A program made the position numbers and the translations under genes. From contig OZ360235.1 of assembly GCA_977017645.1 (NCBI GenBank), positions 19,034,001 to 19,098,000 on the forward strand: a DNA stretch of 64,000 nucleotides, read 5' to 3'. This DNA comes from Torpedo marmorata. Lineage: Eukaryota. The notes under the pieces are model-generated. The model ran no database searches. It worked only from the letters and a program-made list of their open reading frames with translations, and was not told the DNA's origin. This document shows, in pieces, positions 1 through 11,299 of the stretch (its first letter is position 1; each line of letters opens with the position of its first letter).

Positions 1-334
1 ACTACAAGATTTTATGGAATGGTGAGGAGTAGTTTACACAATGAATAGCAGGATGAAGAAGGGATCAGGCACACCACATTCATTCAATTAGATATCGAGG
101 CAGCAGAATGGGCATCTAGGAAGAGGAGTAGTGCAGTCGAGAACCCCTCCTCAATGCAGTGACGAAATGTTGAGAAATTATTTATCATTCTCTTCCACAG
201 CAGAGTCCTTAAAAGATGATCGGGAAAGCACTATTGCTTTAAGGAGTGCAAAAGTAGACCTGCACCATTTGTTAAGCATTATTTTCTTGCTCGTGTGCCC
301 ATGTCATTTTCTATATAATTAAAGAAATGATACC

Positions 335-567
335 TGATGAGCCCATCAATAACTTCAAAAGACTAGAAGTTACACAAGAACTGAAAGGCTTTTATTGGCA
401 AAAGAATGGAGCTACATTCGTGCTGGTGAGCTGTCCCGGACTGGGGGAGGAGCAGTGGCACAATGGCCTTTATTCAGGGGGTCTGTGGGAGGAGCCACTG
501 GGACAGTCAGCAGAGGCATGTCCAGACATACCACCAGCCCACAACCTATACATAGTGGTTTACCACA
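335..567 (-). repeat. 3' LTR of outer Gypsy element (233 bp)
   Basis: Matches 11090-11299 apart from a few substitutions and a 23-bp indel. Confidence 0.95.
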
Positions 568-582
568 TTCACCCCTCCTTTT
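568..582 (-). other. Polypurine tract of outer Gypsy element
   Basis: Minus strand reads AAAAAGGAGGGGTGAA directly 5' of the 3' LTR. Confidence 0.85.
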
Positions 583-634
583 TAAAAGAGTCCAGCGGGG
601 TGAAGGGTATAACAATATTTACAAAGAATTAAAA

Positions 635-1707
635 TTACAAATCGAGTCGATCAGGCGGTCGAGTCCGCCGCTGTGATCGGCGCAGTACTTGTGGTGATGG
701 GGCAGGTGGTGGTGCTACCTCCTGCCTGATTTGGGATACCAGCACATATGGCGTTCGCAAAACCTCGGGTGAACATGCCGGTACATTTGGTGTCATGTTT
801 GAATTGGGTGGTGCCTCTTGTGTGTCCTTAATGGTAGGTACGGGGGTAACAGTAACTATGGAGTGTTCGAGGGCGGCGGTGGGTCCCAGTGCTCCTGCAG
901 GCGCCAGGTCCCAGATGGAGACCGTGTCTTCCCGCCCATTAGGAAAAACCACGTAGGCGTACTGGGGGTTCGCGTGTAATAATTGAACCCTCTCGACCAT
1001 TTATTGCTCCTGACATGTTTCCGGAGCAGCACTGGCCCTGAGGACGTCAGCCATGCTGGTAGGGTAGTCCCGGTGGTCGACTTCCTGGGGAAGGAAAAGA
1101 GTCTCTCATGAGGTCGATGTGCATAGCAGGGATCGGATGGAGTGGAGTGCCTCGGGAAAGACTTCTTGCCAGCAGGAGACTGGTAATCCCTTAGACCTGA
1201 GGGCTAAGAGTGTGGCCTTCCAGACCGTTGCGTTCTCCCTCTCCACTTGTCCATTGCCCCGTGGGTTATAGCTCGTGGTCCTGCTAGTCGCGATACCCCT
1301 GGCCAGCAGATATTGGCGCAGCTCGTCACTCATAAACGAGGACCCTCGGTCACTATGGATATAGCAGGGATATCCAAACAATGTGAAGAGTTGGCGGAGG
1401 GCTTTTATGACTAAGGTGGGAGTAGTATCGGGGCAGGGAATGGCGAAAGGGAACCGCGAGTACTCATCAATAACGTTGAGGAAGTACACATTGTGGTCAG
1501 TGGAGGGAAGGGGGCCCTTAAAGTCGACGCTTAGTCACTCAAATGGGCGGGTTGCTTTTAATCAACTGTGCCTTGTCAGGACGGTAGAAGTGCAGTTTGC
1601 ACTCTGTGCAGACTTGTGCAGACATCGTCCTGACCTCTTCCAGGGAGTACGGCAGGTTACGGGCTTTCACAAAGTGAAAAAGCCTGGTGACTCCGGGGTG
1701 GCAGAGG
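635..1707 (-). pseudogene. pol: Integrase of outer Gypsy element (frameshifted)
   Basis: rve core motifs VIDEYSRFPFA, IHSDRGSSF, NGQVERENA (ORF 1106-1489). C-terminus ends RRSQRRTRPPDRLDL (ORF 635-1000). HHCC domain split at 1707/8270. Confidence 0.9.
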
Positions 1708-2564
1708 TGTTACAAAATCAAACCAGCAACGACAGAAGACGCAATGCAAAAGGGGTAAAATTGAAATTTATATTTATTAAAGACAATTAAACATATAATT
1801 TCACAACAATTAACCCCACTATAAACGTCTATAAACACTATTCTTATCTAAAAGGTGTGTGTGTGTAAAGCCCAGACCATTACAGTCTGTGCCCAACCCT
1901 TATGTAAAAATGGAAAAACTTTCCCCAAAAACCCCAGGTCAGTCATAAAAACAAGTCAGTCAAAAAAAGAATAATACAGTCCACAAAATTCACTCTCTAA
2001 GTTCAGGTTTCAAATTCAGCTCTGTGTGCTGGTAGAAGTACTTCTGAATGAACGTTGGAGAGAGACAATGACTGTTTATGCTTACAAATACTTGTGTTTC
2101 TTCTCTGCTGACATTCCCTTCTTGTGTTTTCATAAGGATTGCGAGTTCAGATCAGTATACCACTGATTAAGGCGTGTGCTTGGATCTCACAGCTGGTCTC
2201 GCTGATCTCACGCCTGTTCTCCACAGAAGTTGCTTTTAACTCAGGATTTCTCTGAGACAGGAGGCCATGTGCTATTCTTCCAGCCTTTTCTCTGGGATGC
2301 ACAAGCCTGGATTTGGCTGTGTTCTCTAGCCTTTGCAACTCCCAACTGCCTGCTTTTTGCAGAGGTCTGCACCTGCTTTTGCAAAAGTGCAACAATGTAT
2401 CTTTTCCACAGCCTGTCTCTCTCTGCTCTCTCTCTCTCTCTCTGGGTACACCAAGTCCTGAGCAAGTTAACTCTTTCAGTACCTGGTCCCAGTGTATACT
2501 CCAAAAGACTTCATCCTTCCTGCTGACCGTCCGCAGTCCAAATGGTCAGTCATGGTCCATAACA
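1708..2564 (-). repeat. 3' LTR of inner Gmr1-like element (857 bp)
   Basis: About 99% identical to 7407-8269. Contains (TG)n and (CT)n tracts. Adjacent PPT GTGGGTGGGAGG (2565-2576, minus strand). Confidence 0.95.
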
Positions 2565-2760
2565 CCTCCCACCCACAAAGAAAATTTTGGTCTGCAAGAA
2601 CAAAATTTTGGAAAGTAATTGAGGTGTCACAATATAAACAAAATCTACAATGTTCATCCACAAATACAAAATATGAACTACTTTCATTGATAAAGTTTAA
2701 CATCTAGAAAGACAATCAGCAATTACATTATCTTTCCCTTTTATATGTGTGATTACCAAA

Positions 2761-4104
2761 TCATATTCTTGCAAAATTAGACTCCAATTCAACAACCGTC
2801 AAATTCTTATTTTTCATTTTACAAAGAAAAACCAATGGATTATGGTCAGTATACACTATGAGTGGTTTTTGAGCTGTACAGATATACACATCAAAGTGTT
2901 GTAGAGCCAACAACTCTTTTTCTATGGTTGAATAATTCCTTTGATGATCATTGCACTTCTTCGAGAAGTAGGATACCGGATGGTCAATGTCCTCTTCGTT
3001 CTTCTTCTGTAACAGCACCGTACCCACAGCTTCATCGCTGGCATCCACGGCTAAAGAAAACGGCTGTTCTAAATTAGGTGACTTATGCACAGGTTGGTGG
3101 CATAACATGGCTTTCAATTTGACAAATGCTTCCTGACAACCTGTTGACCATACAAATTTTTCTTTCTTTCTAAGCAAATTTGTGAGAGGGAGCGCAAGAT
3201 CAGCAAAGTTTTTACAGAACTTGCGGTAGTAGCCAATCATTCCCAGGAACCTCCTCAGAGTTTTCTTACTAGTTGGAACAGGGAACTCGGAAATAGTCAC
3301 AACCTTTGCCTCTACTGGCGCCAACTGCCCCTCTCCAACTACATAACCCAGATAAATAACAGTAGCATGTCCAAACTCACTTTTACTTAAATTAATTGTG
3401 AGATTTGCTTTGGACAGTAGTTCGAACAATTGTTTTAGCTCAAAGACATGCTCTTCCCAGGTCTCACTACTTACAATTAAATCATCAATGTAAGCACCTG
3501 TGTTTTTCAACCCTTGAATTACTGAATTTATCATTCTCTGAAATGTTCCTGGAGCATTCTTCATACCAAAAGGCATAACATTATACTCATACAGCCCAAA
3601 AGGTGTTACGAATGCAGAAATCTCCCTAGCCCTTTTTGTCAAAGGAACACACCAGTATCCTTTTAATAAGTCAATTTTTGTAAGAAATTTTGCCTTCCCC
3701 ACCTTGTCTATACAATCGTCTATTCTAGGAATAGGATAAGCATCTGTCTTTGTTACAGCATTTACTTTCCTATAATCAGTGCAAAACCTAACTGTTCCAT
3801 CAGGCTTAGGCACTAGAACACAAGGGGAACTCCAATTGGAAGTAGATTTTTGAATGATATTGTTCTTTACCATGTACCGGTAGTCAATTTCCTGATCTAC
3901 CAGTTTGCAATTTTCCGCATTGATTCGATAGGGATGCTGTTTTATCGGTCTTGCATCTCCTACATCCACATCATGATAAGCGATAGAAATTTTCTGAGGC
4001 ACATCAGGAAATAAATTTATAAATTTTAAAAATAACTGACTCATCTCTTCCTTTTCTGATGTTTTCAGATGAGCCAACTTTGTCTCCAGTTTGCGCAAAA
4101 TCAT
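2761..4104 (-). pseudogene. pol: Reverse transcriptase/RNase H of inner element
   Basis: Motifs RFCTDYRKVN, KIDLLKGYW, MPFGMKNAP, YIDD, AVDAS, YSTIEKE, YTDHNPL. The C-terminus appears frameshifted. Confidence 0.93.
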
Positions 4105-4128
4105 GGAATTTTCTAACCTCGGGCTTAT

Positions 4129-5211
4129 CTATTTCTGTGTCCCATGACCCTCTCTGAAACTGGTTTCATCTGTCTCCTCCTTACCCTGATCAATAACAAG
4201 TACCTCTGGTAAGTTTTCAGTCCTTTTTTCCGGCACCTGTTCAAAATATGGCTTAATCATATTCACATGACAGACCTGTGTGTCTCGTCTGCGATTAGGT
4301 GTTTCTATGACATAGGTGACATCATTAATTTTTGACTTAACTCTATATGGTCCTGAAAATCTAGCCCTAAGATGATTTGAATGGATGGGAAACAGAACTA
4401 ATACATTCTCACCAGGTTTAAAAGTTCTCATCTTAGCCTTTCGACCATACCAAACCTTCATTCTCTGTTAAGTGGCCTTTAAAGTCTCCTTTGCCATCTC
4501 ACAAGCCCTATGCAATCGATCCTTAAATTTGGAAACATAATCTAACAGATTTAAATGCACATCACGATTAATCCACTGTTCTTTTAATAATCTTAAAGGA
4601 CCTCTCACCTTATGTCCGAAAACTAACTCAAATGGACTAAAACTAAGTGATTCTTGGACAGACTCCCTCGCTGCAAATAACAACAAATGAACCCCCTCAT
4701 CCCAATCCTTTTCCTTCTCACAACAATAGGTTCTAATCATGTTTTTCAAAGTCGAATGGAACCTCTCCAAGGCCCCTTGACTTTCTGGATGGTACGCAGA
4801 GGATACAATCTGTTTAACTCCCAGTCTATCAACCACTTGTTGGAAAACGCCTGACATGAAATTACTGCCCTGATCTGATTGAATTTCCCTTGGCAAACCT
4901 ACCAAGGTGAAAAACTTTACCATAGCCTTTACAATTGTCTTTGCTTTAATGTTTCTCAGAGGAATGGCCTCTGGAAATCTGGTGGCTGCACACATAACTG
5001 TTAACAAATACTCATTCCCTGCTTTGGTTTTGGGCAATGGGCCAACACAGTCCACAATTACTCTCGAGAAAGGCTCACTGAAAGCAGGGATAGGTTGCAA
5101 GGGTGCCACCGGGGGACCCTGATTAGGTTTACCCACCACCTGACAAATGTGACAGGCCCGGCAAAAGCTTACAACCTCCCTTCTCAAACTGGGCCAATAA
5201 AATTGTTTCAT
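4129..5211 (-). pseudogene. pol: Integrase (plus GPY-type C-terminal region) of inner element
   Basis: CRACHIC, VDCVGPLP, QSDQGSNF, YHPESQGALERF, then FSGPYRV. In-frame stops at 4468 and 4129. Confidence 0.93.
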
Positions 5212-6185
5212 TATCTTCTTATAGTTTTCTTCACCCCAAGGTGACCACCTAAGGGTGTACTATGAGCCAAAGTTATTATTGCATCCCTATATACTTTAGG
5301 GATCACAACCTGCTGCACTACTGCCCATTCTTCATTGGCAGGAACATCACATGGTCTCCACTTTCTCATCAACACCCCATCTTTTTCATAATAACCCACT
5401 GGCACCTTTTTAATCTCCTCTTCAGAGAGAACCTTATCCCTCACCTCAGCAAGATCAGGATCGTCCTTTTGCCTTGCTATTAACTCCTGTCGGGATAGTG
5501 ACAAATCTGTGCCTTTAGGTGTCTTATCAGTGGATGGGTGTAACATAGGAGATTGCTCAACCTTTTCCAGGTTTTCTTGATTATCACTTACTTTTTCTTT
5601 CACCAAGTTATTTTCCACTGCCTTCTCTACAGTGACATTTTTCTTAGACATGGCCCTGGTTATGGCACATGCCGGATAAATATCAGAGTCTTTCTCTGAC
5701 TTATCAATGACTGGCTTAGTGGTCATTCGCACTGCAGGAACTACTTTACCCTTGCCCAAGTCAATGCCCAACAACAGTGAGACTCCTTCTACTGGCAACT
5801 CTGATCTCACTCCTATTATAACAGGTCCTTCCACCAAGTCTGAGTCCAACACTATTTTGTGCAAAGGAATGGACTCAACATCACCCCCAATTCCTTTAAT
5901 TAAATTTATGTCACTGGTGTCAGTAGCTTCACAAAATTCCAAGACACTATCTAACACAAGTGACTGAGCAGCTCCAGTATCTCGCAAGATTTTCACTGGA
6001 ACTTGTTTTGATCCTGCCTTAACTGAAACAAAACCATCAGTCACAAAAGGTTTAAATACATCTTTAACTTTGTCAGTAAATTTATCTCCTTCCTGGGTGT
6101 TATGCCTCTTCTCACTCTGAATACAAGCATTAGGTGTTGCATCCTTTTCTCTCTTCTTTTTCAACACTGGACAGCTTGCTAGCAT
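5211..6185 (-). pseudogene. pol: Aspartic protease and linker of inner element
   Basis: LRDTGAAQSL active-site motif and LLLGIDL. Ends in the integrase His-His motif (AHSTPLGGHLG). Frameshifted against the INT ORF. Confidence 0.9.
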
Positions 6186-6194
6186 ATGACCAGC

Positions 6195-7298
6195 CTACCT
6201 ACAGTAGTGGCAAATGGGACCCGAATGGTTTTCCCTTTTCCACTTTCCTTCATCCCTTTCCTTAATACCACTTCCAAATTTACTTTCCACTTGCTTCTGA
6301 TTATCCACAGTGACCTTTTGGAAAATTCTACCTGACGTCCACTTAGGCTTATGGGTTAAAGCATATTCATCTGCTAACTTAGCTGAATTTTGCCAAGTTT
6401 TCACCTCCTTTTCATCTAAGTATGCCTTAATATCCTCAGGAACACACCTTTTTATCTCCTCGATTATTATCAATTCTCTCAATTGATTGTAATCATTGTT
6501 TACTGCCTTAGATGTGCACCACCGGTCAAAACACACAACTTTTTCATAGGCAAACTCTGTATAAGATTGGGTTGCTGATCTTTTTAAATTTCTAAACTTC
6601 TGTCTATAAGCCTCTGGAACTAACTCATAAGCCTTGAGTATAGCCTTTTTCACCGTTTCAAAATCAGCAGCTTGCTCCGTGGTAAGAGTATAATAAGCTT
6701 GCTGAGCTTTTCCTTTTATTACACTTTGTAACATAAGAGACCATTGGTCTTGTGGCCATTTTAATTTCACAGCCACCTTCTCAAAATGTTGGAAGTACTT
6801 ATCTACTTCTTCCTCCTCAAATGGAGGAACCAACCTAACTTCTCTACTAGCCAAAAAACCCACAGCAGGATGACGAATTTGATCTTGGTGCTCTTCTTGT
6901 CTCCTCTCATTTTCCAACCTCATCTTTTCCAGCTCATATCTCCTATTTTTCTCATCGTTCTCTAAGTCTAATCTCTTTTGTTCCAATTCCATGTCTAATT
7001 TCTTTTGTTCCCTGGCTGCCTCCAATTCCAATTTCTTTAGTTCCAACTGTATGTTTTCAGAAGGTTTACCCTTGGGAAACTGCTCTAACACGCTCTCCTC
7101 AAACTTTTTTTCTTTTATATAGTATTTGACAATTTTTCTCCCAATCTCTGCCTTTTTCATAGATGCTTTTACAGAAGCAATGCCCAACCCTGTTGCTATA
7201 GCCACTAACTGTTCCTTTTTCGCCTTTTTTAAAGTATCAGGTTCAGGTGATTCCAAAAAATGTTCTACATCCATTGTTGCTGGTTTTTCGTTACACAC
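6195..7298 (-). pseudogene. gag: Gag of inner Gmr1-like element (coiled coil, SCAN-like capsid, CCHC knuckle broken by stop)
   Basis: Motifs VPPFEEEEVDKYFQHFEKVA and AYELVPEAYRQKFR. Knuckle reads CHYCR*AGH..C. The likely start is MDVEHF. Confidence 0.9.
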
Positions 7299-7383
7299 AC
7301 AATAGCTTTTAATTAGCTTTACAAAAGGAATGCCTTAAACCAAACTGGGATTCCTTCAATTACCAAGATGGATTTTGATTCAA

Positions 7384-7402
7384 ATCCCACAACGAGCCCC
7401 CA
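7384..7402 (-). other. Primer-binding site, tRNA-Pro type
   Basis: Minus strand TGGGGGCTCGTTGTGGGAT, 4 nt inside the 5' LTR. Resembles the tRNA-Pro PBS TGGGGGCTCGTCCGGGAT. Confidence 0.85.
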
Positions 7403-7406
7403 ATTT

Positions 7407-8269
7407 TGTTACAAAATCAAACCAGCAACGACAGAAGACGCAATGCAAAAGGGGTAAAATTGAAATTTATATTTATTAAAGACAATTAAACATATAATTT
7501 CACAACAATTAACCCCACTATAAACGTCTATAAACACTATTCTTATCTAAAATGTGTGTGTGTGTGTGTGTAAAGCCCAGACCATTACAGTCTGTGCCCA
7601 ACCCTTATGTAAAAATGGAAAAACTTTCCCCAAAAACCCCAGGTCAGTCATAAAAACAAGTCAGTCAAAAAAAGAATAATACAGTCCACAAAATTCACTC
7701 TCTAAGTTCAGGTTTCAAATTCAGCTCTGTGTGCTGGTAGAAGTACTTCTGAATGAACGTTGGAGAGAGACAATGACTGTTTATGCTTACAAATACTTGT
7801 GTTTCTTCTCTGCTGACATTCCCTTCTTGTGTTTTCATAAGGATTGCGAGTTCAGATCAGTATACCACTGATTGAGGCGTGTGCTTGGATCTCACAGCTG
7901 GTCTCGCTGATCTCACGCCTGTTCTCCACAGAAGTTGCTTTTAACTCAGGATTTCTCTGAGACAGGAGGCCATGTGCTATTCTTCCAGCCTTTTCTCTGG
8001 GATACACAAGCCTGGATTTGGCTGTGTTCTCTAGCCTTTGCAACTCCCAACTGCCTGCTTTTTGCAGAGGTCTGCACCTGCTTTTGCAAAAGTGCAACAA
8101 AGTATTTTTTCCACAGCCTGTCTCTCTCTGCTCTCTCTCTCTCTCTCTGGGTACACCAAGTCCTGAGCAAGTTAACTCTTTCAGTACCTGGTCCCAGTGT
8201 ATACTCCAAAAGACTTCATCCTTCCTGCTCACCGTCCGCAGTCCAAATGGTCAGTCATGGTCCATAACA
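7407..8269 (-). repeat. 5' LTR of inner Gmr1-like element (863 bp)
   Basis: Direct repeat of 1708-2564. Confidence 0.95.
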
Positions 8270-8273
8270 GAGG

Positions 8274-10060
8274 TCACAGTGGCGGGCATATAACCGATCT
8301 GTGTGCTAACGCACGTTCCCCGGGATAGAGCACCGGAGGGCTCATTGAGCTTCCCAGGCCGGTACATGATGTCATAGTTGTAGGTAGAGAATTCGATTCT
8401 CCACCTCAGGGATTTTATCATTTTTGATTTTACCCTGCTGCTGGTTGCTGAACATGAATGCGACTGAGCGTTGGTCAGTCAGCAGGGTAAACCTTTTGCT
8501 GGCGAGATAGTGCCTCCAGTGCCTGATAGCTTCCACTATGGCTTGGGCCTCCTTCTCCACCGCTGAGTGCCGAATTTCTGCGCCTTGAAGGGTACGGGAG
8601 AAGAACGCCACCAGTCTTCCTGCCTGGTTGAGGGTAGCAGCCAGTGCGAAGTCGGACGCGTCACTCTCTACTTGAAAGGGAGTGGACTCGTCCACCGCGT
8701 GCATTGCTGCTCTGGCGATGTCCCCTTTTATGAGGCTGAAAGCCTCACGTGCCTCCGCTGCAAGGGGAAAAGTGGTGGACTTGACTAGGGGGCGGGCCTT
8801 GTCCGCATAATTAGGGACCCATTGAGCATAGTAAGAAAAGAAGCCCAAGCACCTTTTGAGGGCTCTGAGGGTGTGGGGAAGCAGTAGTTCCAACAGGGGG
8901 CGCATGCGGTCGGGGTCGGGGTCGATGACCCCGTTCTCCACAACACACCCCAGGATAGCTAGTCGGGTGGTTCCGAAAACGCACTTATCCTTGTTATAGG
9001 TGAGCTTAAGTGCTTTGGCCGCCTGGAGGAACTTCCAAAGATTGTTATCGTGGTCCTGCCGGTCGTGACCGCAGATAGTGATGTTATCTAGGTATGGGAA
9101 AGTGGCCTTTAATTTGCATTGGTCCACCATCCTGTCCATCTCCCTCTGGAAGACGGATACCCCATTTGTGACCCCAAAGGGGACGCGCAGGAAATGATAG
9201 AGTCTGCCGTCCGCCTCGAAGGCGGTGTAGGGGCGGTCCTCCCGGCGAATGGGGAGCTGGTGGTAGGCAGATTTGAGGTCTATGGTGGAGAATAGCTAAT
9301 ATTGGGCTATCTGGTTCACCATATTTGCGATGCGTGGTAGAGGGTATACGTCAAGCTGTGCGAACCTATTGATGGTCTGGCTAGAATCTACTACCATCCT
9401 GCTTTTCTCCCCGTTCTTGACGACCACCACCTGGGCCCTCCAGGGACTCGTGCTCGCCTCGATGATCCCTTCCCCAAGTAATCGCTGCAGCTCTGACTTT
9501 AATGAATGCCCTGTCCCCTGTACTGTATCTCCTGCTTTTGGTTGCCATGGGTTTACAATCAGGGGTCAGATTGGCGAACAGTGTTGGGGGCGGGATCTTG
9601 AGTGTGGATAGACCACAAGTAGTGTGTTGTGTTGAAATATTTCTGACATTTTTAAGAAATTGGTGATTACCGACAGTAATTGGTGGGAGGGGCCCGTCAT
9701 ACTCCATAGTCAAACTTTAGAGGTGACTCTGGAAGTCGAGGCCCAGTAGTACAGGTGCACACAGTCGGGGCATGACCAATAGCGTGAAGTCCCGGTATTC
9801 AGTGTCCTGCACCACTAGCGTCGCTACACAACCCCACCGGATGTCTGTTGTATGTGACCCGGAAGCCATGGCAACCCTCTGGCTTACTGGCTGTGTCTTG
9901 AGGCCGCATCGCTGTACCGTGTCAGGGTGGATGAAACTCTCTGTGCTGCCTGTGTCGAACAGGCAGTTTGTTCTGTGTCCCTCGACCAGGATGTCCATCA
10001 TCGACCTCGCGAGTTGGTGGGGTGCACTCTGATCGAGTGTAACTGACGCCAACGTTGAGT
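8274..10060 (-). pseudogene. pol: Protease, RT and RNase H of outer Gypsy element (frameshifted)
   Basis: PR motif CLFDTGS..LLGLDF (9717-10000). RT FPYLDNITICG and RH VESDASD, HSAVEKEA, LLTDQRS (ORF 8372-9139). Confidence 0.92.
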
Positions 10061-10137
10061 CGCTGTCTTGATCCGACGCGATGGAGTGCCTGCTGTCCCG
10101 GGATAGCGGCACCCTGTGTTGGCGCGATGGCATGGAA

Positions 10138-10313
10138 CAAAATGGCCGCTCCCATGACTCGCACGTGTTGGCTGCGGGTAAGTAAGATGGCGACGACGGA
10201 AGTGACGACACGCAAGATGGCCGCCCCATGCCTCGCACATGTTGGCCGCGGGTGAGTAAGATGTCTGCGATGGAAGTGACGACACACAAGATGGCCGCCC
10301 CCAAGCCTCGCAC
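10138..10313. repeat. About 75-bp tandem repeat (about 2.4 units) between gag and protease
   Basis: Units start at 10138, 10213 and 10287, each beginning CAA(A/G)ATGGCCGC. Confidence 0.85.
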
Positions 10314-10329
10314 GCGGCGCTGCTTGATC

Positions 10330-11066
10330 CCGCTCGCGGTTTGGATCTACAGACCTTAGCGAAATGGCCTTTCTTCCCGCTGCTGCACTTCTCGGGCCGG
10401 GCAACGTTTCCGGGGGTGCTTTTCAAGTCCGCAGAAGTAGCATTTCTCGGACTCGCGGCTGACGGCTGCTGTGGTTGATTCACCGGCATGGTGTGGGGTC
10501 TGCGGTATCCACGGAGCCTGCGGGAGATCGCGCGCCTGTATAGCATCAGAGTTCTGTAGCACGGCCTCCAGTGTATCGGCCAGCTCGATCGCGGAACGGA
10601 AGGTGAGGTCAGCTTGTTCCAGCAGCCGCTGGCGCACATACACTGACCTGGTCCCCGTAACAAAAGCGTCTCTTACTAGGAGCTCTGCGTGTTGTTCGGC
10701 CGTCAGTCCCTGGCAGTCGCAGGCTTGCACGTGTGTTTGTGGGGCCCATACGAACTCCGAGCTCGACTCATCGGGCTGCTGCTGCCGCATCGCTAACCTG
10801 TGTCTCGCATATACAGTATTCACAGGCCGTATATACTGTCTTTGAAGGGCATTCATAGCGTCTTCATAAGTCTGCAGATCTCGGATCATGGAGTAGACTC
10901 GTGGGCTTACCCTAGAGAGGAGAACCTTGCATTTTGCGGCGTCTTCTTGTACTTTGATCTCCTCCAGGAACGACTCAAAACAGGCTAGCCAGAGTTCAAA
11001 AGCATTGCCAGCCTCTGGTGTTTGTGGATCGAGGTCCAGTTTGTCTGGTCTCAAGACATTCTCCAT
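10330..11066 (-). pseudogene. gag: Gag of outer Gypsy element
   Basis: ORF MENVLRPDKLDLDP... with RQQQPDES and LVRDAFVTG motifs. Zinc knuckle CYFCG..HPRKRC; second knuckle GKKGHFAKVC is in another frame. Confidence 0.9.
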
Positions 11067-11074
11067 GCTTACAA

Positions 11075-11088
11075 TTTTGCCAATAAAA
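11075..11088 (-). other. Non-tRNA primer-binding site complementary to own LTR (putative self-priming)
   Basis: TTTTGCCAATAAAA (11075-11088) is the exact reverse complement of TTTTATTGGCAAAA (11145-11158) inside the LTR, and lies 1 nt from the LTR boundary. Confidence 0.7.
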
Positions 11089-11089
11089 T

Positions 11090-11299
11090 TGATGAGCCCA
11101 TCAATAACATCAAAAGACTAGAAGTTACACAAGAACTGAAAGGCTTTTATTGGCAAAAGAATGGAGCTACATTCGTGCTGGTGATCTGTCCCGGACTGGG
11201 GGAGGAGCGGTGGCACAATGGCCTTTATTCAGGGGGTCTGTGGGAGGAGCCACTGGGACAGTCACCCAGCCCACAACCTATACATAGTGGTTTACCACA
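11090..11299 (-). repeat. 5' LTR of outer Gypsy element (210 bp)
   Basis: Direct repeat of 335-567 with a 23-bp deletion. Confidence 0.95.

Larger units (their letters stand above)
1708..8269 (-). mobile_element. Gmr1-like Gypsy LTR retrotransposon (gag-PR-INT-RT-RH order), nested in the outer element
   Basis: LTRs 1708-2564 and 7407-8269 (TGTTA..TAACA). 4-bp TSD GAGG at 1704-1707 and 8270-8273. Integrase ORF lies upstream of the RT ORF on the minus strand. Confidence 0.95.
335..11299 (-). mobile_element. Gypsy/Ty3 LTR retrotransposon (outer element; gag-PR-RT-RH-INT, decayed, no chromodomain)
   Basis: Direct-repeat LTRs 335-567 and 11090-11299 with TG..CA ends. Near-perfect 5-bp TSD ATACC (330-334)/ATGCC (11300-11304). 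gag, PR, RT, RH and INT fragments lie in Gypsy order on the minus strand. Confidence 0.95.

Noticed and set aside
2147-2618. ORFs inside the inner LTRs (repeated at 7852-8293) as accessory genes
   Set aside because: They are short, cross a (CT)n tract, have no motif, and recur only because the LTRs are duplicated.
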